Positions 21,632 through 33,600 of a DNA stretch of 64,000 bases are shown in pieces (the first letter of the stretch is position 1; every line of letters starts with the position of its first letter). The notes beneath the pieces are model-generated. The model made no database searches, was not told where the DNA came from, and was given only the letters and a program-made list of their open reading frames with translations. The DNA is taken from assembly GCA_977018835.1 (NCBI GenBank), contig OZ361258.1, positions 2,728,001 through 2,792,000 of the forward strand, in the 5' to 3' direction. The DNA comes from Minutocellus sp. GHC0000111 (Eukaryota). The position numbers and the translations under genes are program-made.

Positions 21632-24600
21632 ATGGCCCCACCGACTGACGTGCTCGTGGCGAGCCCATCCTCCAGTGCTGCTGCCGGTGCCGCTGCTGGA
21701 CCAACAACGACCAACCATACTCCCATACCGGCCAACTGCGCGTCGCTCCAGCGCATCCGCCGCGCCCGGGAGCGATGGGAGGCCTCCAAGAAGAAGCTCC
21801 GGCCGGTCGAGCAGGGAGGCGAGGGGCGGGGGGTCGTTTCGCCCCTGGCCCCCCCGCTGCCGCCTCCTCCGTCCCCGTCGTCGTTCCGTTCGCCTCGGAG
21901 GGATGCCAAGGCTGCTATTACGGGTAGTTCTGGTGGTGGTGCTGGTATTGGTGGCAGTGCTGCAAAGGAAGACAAGGCAGTCGATGCGGTGGCTAAAGGA
22001 TCTGCTGGGGCGGCCGTAGCAGCTCCTGTACCGGCGACAACTGCACCTGCGCAATTCACCTTTTCGATGTCCCCTCCGTCGTCGTCGGGTGCCAAACCGG
22101 CCGTCAAGATTGATTTCGGCGTTGCTAGCAAGGCGGATAGCTGGGGTGGATCGAAAAGTGAGGGTGCTGGTACTGCTGCAAATGTGACCGGTGCTACCAC
22201 TACTGCATTATTTGGAGCCAAGCCATCGGCAAAGGCACCAGCAGCTTCTTCTTTTGGTGCTGCTGCTACTGCTGGTAGTAATGGCGGCGGCGGATTCTTC
22301 TCCTCCGTCAAGGTCCCGACGGCCACCGGCGTGGTTACCGAGGAGGGTGCCACCCCGACCCCATCCACGGCCTTTTCGTTCGGTGGTGGCAGTATTGGTG
22401 GTACTGGTGGGACTGCTGGGTTTGGTGCCGCAGGAGGATCAGCGGTATCCAGGCCATTGTTTGGTGCACCTGCCCCAGCTCCAGCGCCATTGTTTGGTGC
22501 ATCTTCTCCAGCTCCAGCGCCATTGTTTGGTGCTGCCACTGCAGAGAAGAAAAGTGACGGCAAATCGGAGGACAAAGAAAAGACAGAAGAAGCAGCAAGG
22601 ACGGATTATCATGCCAAGCTCGTGGCATTCTATACCAAACACAACCCATCCAAACTATCGACGGTCGACAAGACGCTGGAGTCGTACAAGGGCAAGGAAA
22701 ACGTGCTCTTTCAGAAGTTGGAGCGCAAGTACTGCCCTTCTGCTGCCACTACCAGTGCACCGGTCGAGGTGGCGTTGCCGCCTGGAGTCCTGCCGCCTCC
22801 GCCGGTTGGAGAAGTGAAGGATAGTCGCCCCACGGTATACCTCGATCTGACTCTCGGCGGAGAAACACTGGGACGGGTAACCATTCAGCTGTATACGGAT
22901 TTGGTTCCATTGGCCTCGGAGAATTTTCGTGCCCTCTGCACCGGTGAGAAGGGTAATGGCCGATCTTCGAGCAAGCCACTGCACTACAAGGGATGCTCCT
23001 TCCATCGGATCGTCCCCAACTTTGTCGTTCAGGGCGGTGACTTTACCAAGCACAATGGTACAGGCGGTGAATCCATCTACGCCGGGACGGAACATGGTGA
23101 TATGTGGGGCAAGTTCAAGGACGAAAAGCCGTTTTTGGGACACACCAGGAAGGGATTGCTAAGTATGGCCAACAATGGACCAAACGCAAATGGCAGTCAA
23201 TTCTTCATCACGCTGAGAAGGACGCCGCATCTCGATGGAAAGCATGTGGTATTTGGCTGTGTCACCGAGGGAATGGAGTTTGTAGATACCATGGTCGAAA
23301 AGACGGTGAGGGACAAGGCTGGGAAGCCGACAGGAGAAACCAAGGTTGTGATTAATGATTGCGGTGAGATTGGTGGCAAGAAGAAGGCAACATCCGAGGT
23401 CGCACAGACAACAAGTGCTGATACCAGTGCACCTGCGCCCACATCAGCATTTTCATTCGGAGCAAAACTAGCGGGGTCTTCATCCTTTAGCTTTGGAGCA
23501 ACGACAAAGCCTCCAGCATTCTCCTTCGCGAAGGCACCGGTCCCTGCGTTGGCGTCTGCCGGTGGAGATAGCGCTGGCGAGAAGCACAATAAAAAGGAAC
23601 CAGCTCCAGCATCAGCAGTATCATCTGCACCGAAGACAGTGTCGGCTTCGGCTGCCTTCCCTCCAATGTCGGCGGCCCCACCAAAGAATCCGTTCTCAGC
23701 GCCCAAAGCCGCCGCTGCCAGTAATCCAGCTCCGGCGCCAGCCTCCGCGTCAATCTTCGGCAGCAGTTCGGCTGCGCCTTCCTTTGGTTCTGGCAATGCG
23801 CCGACGTTCGGTTCTAGGCCGACACCTGTTTTCGGATCCAGCAGCACTCCGTTGTTTGGCTCTAGCAGTGCCCCAACATTTGGCTCTGGGTCAGCTCCTC
23901 CGTTCGGATCTGGCTCTGCTCCTGCATTTGGTTCTTCATTTGGCTCCAGCACTGCAAAAGGTGCCACCGGTGGCGGCGGCTTCGCTGCTCTGGCGTCGTC
24001 TCCAGCCAAATCCACGGCCTTTGGTGGCTTTGGTACCACAGACACCTCTGGATCCACCGGATTCTCGTTAGGTTCGTTTACCGCACGTACCGATCCCTCC
24101 ATGGTCAAACCCCTCTTTGATGCCACAACATCAGCCCATAACGATACTCCTACTGTCAAAGCAGCTGATAATGAATCTGAAAACGAACAAGAGAATCCGG
24201 CAGCGGAAAAAGAAGACGACGAGGTCTACTCAGACGACCTCATCGGCACCGCCGACACAGCACGGACGGCCTACGATGAGATCGCTGAGGGTGCAACATC
24301 TCTTCCCAGCAGCAGATTCGACGATCTGCTCGATGTGGTCGGCGAGGGCTTCTATGGCGACGAGAAGGACGAGCAGCTTGCCATCATCGATCCGAGCAGC
24401 ACCGGCACCATTACCAAGAAGGCCTTTGTTTCGTGGTACGTCAACTTCGTCACCGCTGCAGATGCCGACGATGACGAGTCGGCCTCGTTAGATACCGCCG
24501 ACCGCGAAGAACGCGAGGAGGAAAGGCAGAACGCCGACCAGGCCTTTACTGACACCGTCGGCGAGGGCATCGATGTTATTGACTCGGCCGCCTTTGGAGA

Positions 24601-27600
24601 TCTGATTGAGTCGATGGGCACTACATACTGTGAGGAAGAGCATCGCCGCACCATCAAGAAGATTAGCGGTGCGGATGGGAAGATTTCCCGCGATGCATTC
24701 ATTGCATGGTATCTTGACTGGTTGTTTGGGGGTGATGAGTCCGACATCGAGACGGATGAGGAGGACGAAGCCGGCGAAGAAGAAGAGAGACCGGCCACAT
24801 CGGGTGGAGAAGGGTGGGGCAATGCATTCGGCGTCGAGGAAGGATCCTGGAAGTGCGATGCTTGCATGGTGCGTAACAAGGCCGGTGATACCAAGTGTGC
24901 TGCTTGTGAGACTGTCCGCCCTGGATACGAAGACAAGCAAGAGGAGAGCAGCGATAGTGCTGCCGCGAGTGGGTCTGCCATCGGCGCCGGTGGTTTTAGC
25001 TTCGGCGGAGGGGCGAGTACTGCTGCTGCGGCCGCTCCTTCGATTGGATCGGGAGGATTCAGCTTTGGTGGGGCTACTACATCGGCACCAGCACCGGCAC
25101 CTGTAACTGCTGTATCGTCTGGCGGAGGCTTCAGCTTTGGTGCCAAGCCATCATCAACTGCAACCAGCTCTACTACCGGAGGATTCAGTTTTGGTGCACC
25201 GCCTGCGCCTGCGGGCAAGGTACCGGACAAGGCCGAGAAGAAGAAAGACGAGAAGGCAGTATCATCCTCAAGTGCAAGTTTCCCCCCTCTTGCGACCAAG
25301 GCACCGACGCCCTTCTCGGCAACTGCGAAGGCGAGTGCAGCAGCTCCAGCAGCCACCGCAAAGCCCGCCGCTTCAAGTAGCGCCTTCCCACCGATGAGTA
25401 CTGCAGCTCCTAAGAATCCATTCTCGGCAACTGCGAAGGCCCCTGTTGCTGCGGCTCCAGCACCAGCTCCAGCACCAGCGGCCAAGCCTGCTGCTTCGAG
25501 TAGCGCATTCCCGCCGATGAGTACTGCAGCTCCTAAGAATCCGTTCTCCGCTCCCTCGAAGCCTCCAGCACCAGCACCAGCGGCCAAGCCTGCTGCTTCG
25601 AGTAGCGCATTCCCGCCGATGAGTACTGCAGCTCCTAAGAATCCGTTCTCCGCTCCCTCGAAGCCTCCAGCACCAGCACCAGCGGCCAAGCCTGCTGCTT
25701 CGAGTAGCGCATTCCCGCCGATGAGTACTGCAGCTCCTAAGAATCCGTTCTCCGCTCCCTCGAAGCCTCCAGCACCAGCACCAGCGGCCAAGTCCGCTGC
25801 TTCGAGTAGTGCATTCCCGCCGATGAGTACTGCAGCTCCTAAGAATCCGTTCGCGTCGGTAAAGCTGACGTCGAGCTCTGCTACAATCGGCAGCACGAGT
25901 ACGAGCGGTGGCTTTTCGTTTGGCACCCCAAGCACTCTCGGCGGTGGCAGCGGGGCGCCGGCAACGACCAAGGGCGGCTTTTCGTTTGGATCGACGGGAA
26001 GTGCGACCTTTGGCAGTCCACCGGCCAAGTTGGAGGCCCCCAAGGCCACCGAGCAGGAGAAGTCAGCGCCGATATTTGGCTCTGGGTCGAAGGCTCCGGT
26101 CTTTGGAAGCGGCTCTGGCGTTGGTGGTTTTGCGGCCCTCGCATCGTCTCCAGCTCCTGCTGGTGCTGGTGCAGGGAGCAAGACATCGTCGACTGGCTTT
26201 GGTTTTGGCTTTGGCGGTAGCAGTAGTAGTAGTACTAGTGGTGTCAGCGGTGTTGATTCTTCGATGGTGAAGCCATTGTTTGGATCGGTGCCTGCGGCTG
26301 CTCCTGCGCCTACGTCTGAAGCCGCACCTGCTCCTGCGCCGGCTGGTGCATCTGCGACTGACAATGGTACCGACAACATTAGGGAAGACGATGTTGGAGT
26401 ATCAGGAACGGCGAAGCCTTTGTCGGATACTGATGAGGCGAGGACAGCCACGGCCGTCTTTGATTCTCTCGATGAGGGCAAGAAGGGCAGGGTACCGGCC
26501 TCAATGTTCGAGGCGCTCACCGACGAGCTTGGCGAAGGCTTCCACGGGGACGAGTTCGACAAGCAACTTGCCATCATCGACCCTGAAGGGACGGGCTTCA
26601 TCGCTCGGTCCTCCTTTGCGGCATGGTACTCGGAGCTTGTCCTCGGAGGCTCTGGAGATGGCGAAGATGGTTCCGATGCTGGATCGCTCGACACTGAGGA
26701 GCGAGAAGAACGTGAGGAGGAGCGTCAGAATGCTGACGAGGCCTTTACTGCCGCGGCTGGTGAGGATGTGGACGTCCTTGCCGTGTCAGCCTTCAGTGAT
26801 CTGATTGAGTCTATGGGCACGACTTACTGCGAAGAGGAGCACCGACGTACCATCAAGAAAATTAGCAGCGAGGATGGCGCTACGATATCTCGTGATGCTT
26901 TCGTCGCTTGGTATTTGGACTGGCTCTTTGGAGGCGATGAGTCCGATATCGAGAGCGACGAAGGTGAAGATGACGAGGATGGTGATGCCGACGGTGCTGG
27001 TGGTACTGGCGGTGCATCGTCATCGGAGGGATGGGGAGGTACCTTTGGCGCTGCCGAGGAGGGTTCCTGGAAGTGCGATGCTTGTATGGTCCGGAACAAG
27101 GCTTCAGATGCCAAATGTGCTGCCTGTGAGACTGCACGCCCTGGATACGAAGCCAAGGCTGCGGAGGTATCGAGCGGCGATGGCTCGGCCACTGCGTCGT
27201 CAGCGGCGGCGTTTGCATCTGAGATAGGAACTGGTGGATTTTCATTCGGTGGCGGTGGTAGTAGCAGCAGTACCGCGGCACCTGCTCCTGCCTCATCCTC
27301 ATCGATTGGAGCCGGCGGCTTCAGCTTTGGTGGCAATACTACTACTAGCAGCGCAGCGACACCAGCTCCGGCCTTTGGCGCATCATCGGCGGTCTCGTCC
27401 TCATCTTCAGGCGGAGGCTTCGCGTTTGGTGCGCCCGCCACTGCAGCACCAGCTCCACCTTCGGGAGTAGGAGGAGGAGGCTTTACGTTCGGCGTCAAGC
27501 CTGCCGTCACATCTGCTGCATCTGACAAAGTGAATCCTGACGCCACCGCACCCTCAGCTGCCCAACAAGAGAATCCGGCAGCGGAAAAAGAAGACGACGA

Positions 27601-30600
27601 GGTCTACTCAGACGACCTCATCGGCACCGCCGACACAGCACGGACGGCCTACGATGAGATCGCTGAGGGTGCAACATCTCTTCCCAGCAGCAGATTCGAC
27701 GATCTGCTCGATGTGGTCGGCGAGGGCTTCTATGGCGACGAGAAGGACGAGCAGCTTGCCATCATCGATCCGAGCAGCACCGGCACCATTACCAAGAAGG
27801 CCTTTGTTTCGTGGTACGTCAACTTCGTCACCGCTGCAGATGCCGACGATGACGAGTCGGCCTCGTTAGATACCGCCGACCGCGAAGAACGCGAGGAGGA
27901 AAGGCAGAACGCCGACCAGGCCTTTACTGACACCGTCGGCGAGGGCATCGATGTTATTGACTCGGCCGCCTTTGGAGATCTGATTGAGTCGATGGGCACT
28001 ACATACTGTGAGGAAGAGCATCGCCGCACCATCAAGAAGATTAGCGGTGCGGATGGGAAGATTTCCCGCGATGCATTCATTGCATGGTATCTTGACTGGT
28101 TGTTTGGGGGTGATGAGTCCGACATCGAGACGGATGAGGAGGACGAAGCCGGCGAAGAAGAAGAGAGACCGGCCACATCGGGTGGAGAAGGGTGGGGCAA
28201 TGCATTCGGCGTCGAGGAAGGATCCTGGAAGTGCGATGCTTGCATGGTGCGTAACAAGGCCGGTGATACCAAGTGTGCTGCTTGTGAGACTGTCCGCCCT
28301 GGATACGAAGACAAGCAAGAGGAGAGCAGCGATAGTGCTGCCGCGAGTGGGTCTGCCATCGGCGCCGGTGGTTTTAGCTTCGGCGGAGGGGCGAGTACTG
28401 CTGCTGCGGCCGCTCCTTCGATTGGATCGGGAGGATTCAGCTTTGGTGGGGCTACTACATCGGCACCAGCACCGGCACCTGTAACTGCTGTATCGTCTGG
28501 CGGAGGCTTCAGCTTTGGTGCCAAGCCATCATCAACTGCAACCAGCTCTACTACCGGAGGATTCAGTTTTGGTGCACCGCCTGCGCCTGCGGGCAAGGTA
28601 CCGGACAAGGCCGAGAAGAAGAAAGACGAGAAGGCAGTATCATCCTCAAGTGCAAGTTTCCCCCCTCTTGCGACCAAGGCACCGACGCCCTTCTCGGCAA
28701 CTGCGAAGGCGAGTGCAGCAGCTCCAGCAGCCACCGCAAAGCCCGCCGCTTCAAGTAGCGCCTTCCCACCGATGAGTACTGCAGCTCCTAAGAATCCATT
28801 CTCGGCAACTGCGAAGGCCCCTGTTGCTGCGGCTCCAGCACCAGCTCCAGCACCAGCGGCCAAGCCTGCTGCTTCGAGTAGCGCATTCCCGCCGATGAGT
28901 ACTGCAGCTCCTAAGAATCCGTTCTCCGCTCCCTCGAAGCCTCCAGCACCAGCACCAGCGGCCAAGCCTGCTGCTTCGAGTAGCGCATTCCCGCCGATGA
29001 GTACTGCAGCTCCTAAGAATCCGTTCTCCGCTCCCTCGAAGCCTCCAGCACCAGCACCAGCGGCCAAGCCTGCTGCTTCGAGTAGCGCATTCCCGCCGAT
29101 GAGTACTGCAGCTCCTAAGAATCCGTTCTCCGCTCCCTCGAAGCCTCCAGCACCAGCACCAGCGGCCAAGTCCGCTGCTTCGAGTAGTGCATTCCCGCCG
29201 ATGAGTACTGCAGCTCCTAAGAATCCGTTCGCGTCGGTAAAGCTGACGTCGAGCTCTGCTACAATCGGCAGCACGAGTACGAGCGGTGGCTTTTCGTTTG
29301 GCACCCCAAGCACTCTCGGCGGTGGCAGCGGGGCGCCGGCAACGACCAAGGGCGGCTTTTCGTTTGGATCGACGGGAAGTGCGACCTTTGGCAGTCCACC
29401 GGCCAAGTTGGAGGCCCCCAAGGCCACCGAGCAGGAGAAGTCAGCGCCGATATTTGGCTCTGGGTCGAAGGCTCCGGTCTTTGGAAGCGGCTCTGGCGTT
29501 GGTGGTTTTGCGGCCCTCGCATCGTCTCCAGCTCCTGCTGGTGCTGGTGCAGGGAGCAAGACATCGTCGACTGGCTTTGGTTTTGGCTTTGGCGGTAGCA
29601 GTAGTAGTAGTACTAGTGGTGTCAGCGGTGTTGATTCTTCGATGGTGAAGCCATTGTTTGGATCGGTGCCTGCGGCTGCTCCTGCGCCTACGTCTGAAGC
29701 CGCACCTGCTCCTGCGCCGGCTGGTGCATCTGCGACTGACAATGGTACCGACAACATTAGGGAAGACGATGTTGGAGTATCAGGAACGGCGAAGCCTTTG
29801 TCGGATACTGATGAGGCGAGGACAGCCACGGCCGTCTTTGATTCTCTCGATGAGGGCAAGAAGGGCAGGGTACCGGCCTCAATGTTCGAGGCGCTCACCG
29901 ACGAGCTTGGCGAAGGCTTCCACGGGGACGAGTTCGACAAGCAACTTGCCATCATCGACCCTGAAGGGACGGGCTTCATCGCTCGGTCCTCCTTTGCGGC
30001 ATGGTACTCGGAGCTTGTCCTCGGAGGCTCTGGAGATGGCGAAGATGGTTCCGATGCTGGATCGCTCGACACTGAGGAGCGAGAAGAACGTGAGGAGGAG
30101 CGTCAGAATGCTGACGAGGCCTTTACTGCCGCGGCTGGTGAGGATGTGGACGTCCTTGCCGTGTCAGCCTTCAGTGATCTGATTGAGTCTATGGGCACGA
30201 CTTACTGCGAAGAGGAGCACCGACGTACCATCAAGAAAATTAGCAGCGAGGATGGCGCTACGATATCTCGTGATGCTTTCGTCGCTTGGTATTTGGACTG
30301 GCTCTTTGGAGGCGATGAGTCCGATATCGAGAGCGACGAAGGTGAAGATGACGAGGATGGTGATGCCGACGGTGCTGGTGGTACTGGCGGTGCATCGTCA
30401 TCGGAGGGATGGGGAGGTACCTTTGGCGCTGCCGAGGAGGGTTCCTGGAAGTGCGATGCTTGTATGGTCCGGAACAAGGCTTCAGATGCCAAATGTGCTG
30501 CCTGTGAGACTGCACGCCCTGGATACGAAGCCAAGGCTGCGGAGGTATCGAGCGGCGATGGCTCGGCCACTGCGTCGTCAGCGGCGGCGTTTGCATCTGA

Positions 30601-33600
30601 GATAGGAACTGGTGGATTTTCATTCGGTGGCGGTGGTAGTAGCAGCAGTACCGCGGCACCTGCTCCTGCCTCATCCTCATCGATTGGAGCCGGCGGCTTC
30701 AGCTTTGGTGGCAATACTACTACTAGCAGCGCAGCGACACCAGCTCCGGCCTTTGGCGCATCATCGGCGGTCTCGTCCTCATCTTCAGGCGGAGGCTTCG
30801 CGTTTGGTGCGCCCGCCACTGCAGCACCAGCTCCACCTTCGGGAGTAGGAGGAGGAGGCTTTACGTTCGGCGTCAAGCCTGCCGTCACATCTGCTGCATC
30901 TGACAAAGTGAATCCTGACGCCACCGCACCCTCAGCTGCCCAACAAGAGAATCCGGCAGCGGAAAAAGAAGACGACGAGGTCTACTCAGACGACCTCATC
31001 GGCACCGCCGACACAGCACGGACGGCCTACGATGAGATCGCTGAGGGTGCAACATCTCTTCCCAGCAGCAGATTCGACGATCTGCTCGATGTGGTCGGCG
31101 AGGGCTTCTATGGCGACGAGAAGGACGAGCAGCTTGCCATCATCGATCCGAGCAGCACCGGCACCATTACCAAGAAGGCCTTTGTTTCGTGGTACGTCAA
31201 CTTCGTCACCGCTGCAGATGCCGACGATGACGAGTCGGCCTCGTTAGATACCGCCGACCGCGAAGAACGCGAGGAGGAAAGGCAGAACGCCGACCAGGCC
31301 TTTACTGACACCGTCGGCGAGGGCATCGATGTTATTGACTCGGCCGCCTTTGGAGATCTGATTGAGTCGATGGGCACTACATACTGTGAGGAAGAGCATC
31401 GCCGCACCATCAAGAAGATTAGCGGTGCGGATGGGAAGATTTCCCGCGATGCATTCATTGCATGGTATCTTGACTGGTTGTTTGGGGGTGATGAGTCCGA
31501 CATCGAGACGGATGAGGAGGACGAAGCCGGCGAAGAAGAAGAGAGACCGGCCACATCGGGTGGAGAAGGGTGGGGCAATGCATTCGGCGTCGAGGAAGGA
31601 TCCTGGAAGTGCGATGCTTGCATGGTGCGTAACAAGGCCGGTGATACCAAGTGTGCTGCTTGTGAGACTGTCCGCCCTGGATACGAAGACAAGCAAGAGG
31701 AGAGCAGCGATAGTGCTGCCGCGAGTGGGTCTGCCATCGGCGCCGGTGGTTTTAGCTTCGGCGGAGGGGCGAGTACTGCTGCTGCGGCCGCTCCTTCGAT
31801 TGGATCGGGAGGATTCAGCTTTGGTGGGGCTACTACATCGGCACCAGCACCGGCACCTGTAACTGCTGTATCGTCTGGCGGAGGCTTCAGCTTTGGTGCC
31901 AAGCCATCATCAACTGCAACCAGCTCTACTACCGGAGGATTCAGTTTTGGTGCACCGCCTGCGCCTGCGGGCAAGGTACCGGACAAGGCCGAGAAGAAGA
32001 AAGACGAGAAGGCAGTATCATCCTCAAGTGCAAGTTTCCCCCCTCTTGCGACCAAGGCACCGACGCCCTTCTCGGCAACTGCGAAGGCGAGTGCAGCAGC
32101 TCCAGCAGCCACCGCAAAGCCCGCCGCTTCAAGTAGCGCCTTCCCACCGATGAGTACTGCAGCTCCTAAGAATCCATTCTCGGCAACTGCGAAGGCCCCT
32201 GTTGCTGCGGCTCCAGCACCAGCTCCAGCACCAGCGGCCAAGCCTGCTGCTTCGAGTAGCGCATTCCCGCCGATGAGTACTGCAGCTCCTAAGAATCCGT
32301 TCTCCGCTCCCTCGAAGCCTCCAGCACCAGCACCAGCGGCCAAGCCTGCTGCTTCGAGTAGCGCATTCCCGCCGATGAGTACTGCAGCTCCTAAGAATCC
32401 GTTCTCCGCTCCCTCGAAGCCTCCAGCACCAGCACCAGCGGCCAAGCCTGCTGCTTCGAGTAGCGCATTCCCGCCGATGAGTACTGCAGCTCCTAAGAAT
32501 CCGTTCTCCGCTCCCTCGAAGCCTCCAGCACCAGCACCAGCGGCCAAGTCCGCTGCTTCGAGTAGTGCATTCCCGCCGATGAGTACTGCAGCTCCTAAGA
32601 ATCCGTTCGCGTCGGTAAAGCTGACGTCGAGCTCTGCTACAATCGGCAGCACGAGTACGAGCGGTGGCTTTTCGTTTGGCACCCCAAGCACTCTCGGCGG
32701 TGGCAGCGGGGCGCCGGCAACGACCAAGGGCGGCTTTTCGTTTGGATCGACGGGAAGTGCGACCTTTGGCAGTCCACCGGCCAAGTTGGAGGCCCCCAAG
32801 GCCACCGAGCAGGAGAAGTCAGCGCCGATATTTGGCTCTGGGTCGAAGGCTCCGGTCTTTGGAAGCGGCTCTGGCGTTGGTGGTTTTGCGGCCCTCGCAT
32901 CGTCTCCAGCTCCTGCTGGTGCTGGTGCAGGGAGCAAGACATCGTCGACTGGCTTTGGTTTTGGCTTTGGCGGTAGCAGTAGTAGTAGTACTAGTGGTGT
33001 CAGCGGTGTTGATTCTTCGATGGTGAAGCCATTGTTTGGATCGGTGCCTGCGGCTGCTCCTGCGCCTACGTCTGAAGCCGCACCTGCTCCTGCGCCGGCT
33101 GGTGCATCTGCGACTGACAATGGTACCGACAACATTAGGGAAGACGATGTTGGAGTATCAGGAACGGCGAAGCCTTTGTCGGATACTGATGAGGCGAGGA
33201 CAGCCACGGCCGTCTTTGATTCTCTCGATGAGGGCAAGAAGGGCAGGGTACCGGCCTCAATGTTCGAGGCGCTCACCGACGAGCTTGGCGAAGGCTTCCA
33301 CGGGGACGAGTTCGACAAGCAACTTGCCATCATCGACCCTGAAGGGACGGGCTTCATCGCTCGGTCCTCCTTTGCGGCATGGTACTCGGAGCTTGTCCTC
33401 GGAGGCTCTGGAGATGGCGAAGATGGTTCCGATGCTGGATCGCTCGACACTGAGGAGCGAGAAGAACGTGAGGAGGAGCGTCAGAATGCTGACGAGGCCT
33501 TTACTGCCGCGGCTGGTGAGGATGTGGACGTCCTTGCCGTGTCAGCCTTCAGTGATCTGATTGAGTCTATGGGCACGACTTACTGCGAAGAGGAGCACCG

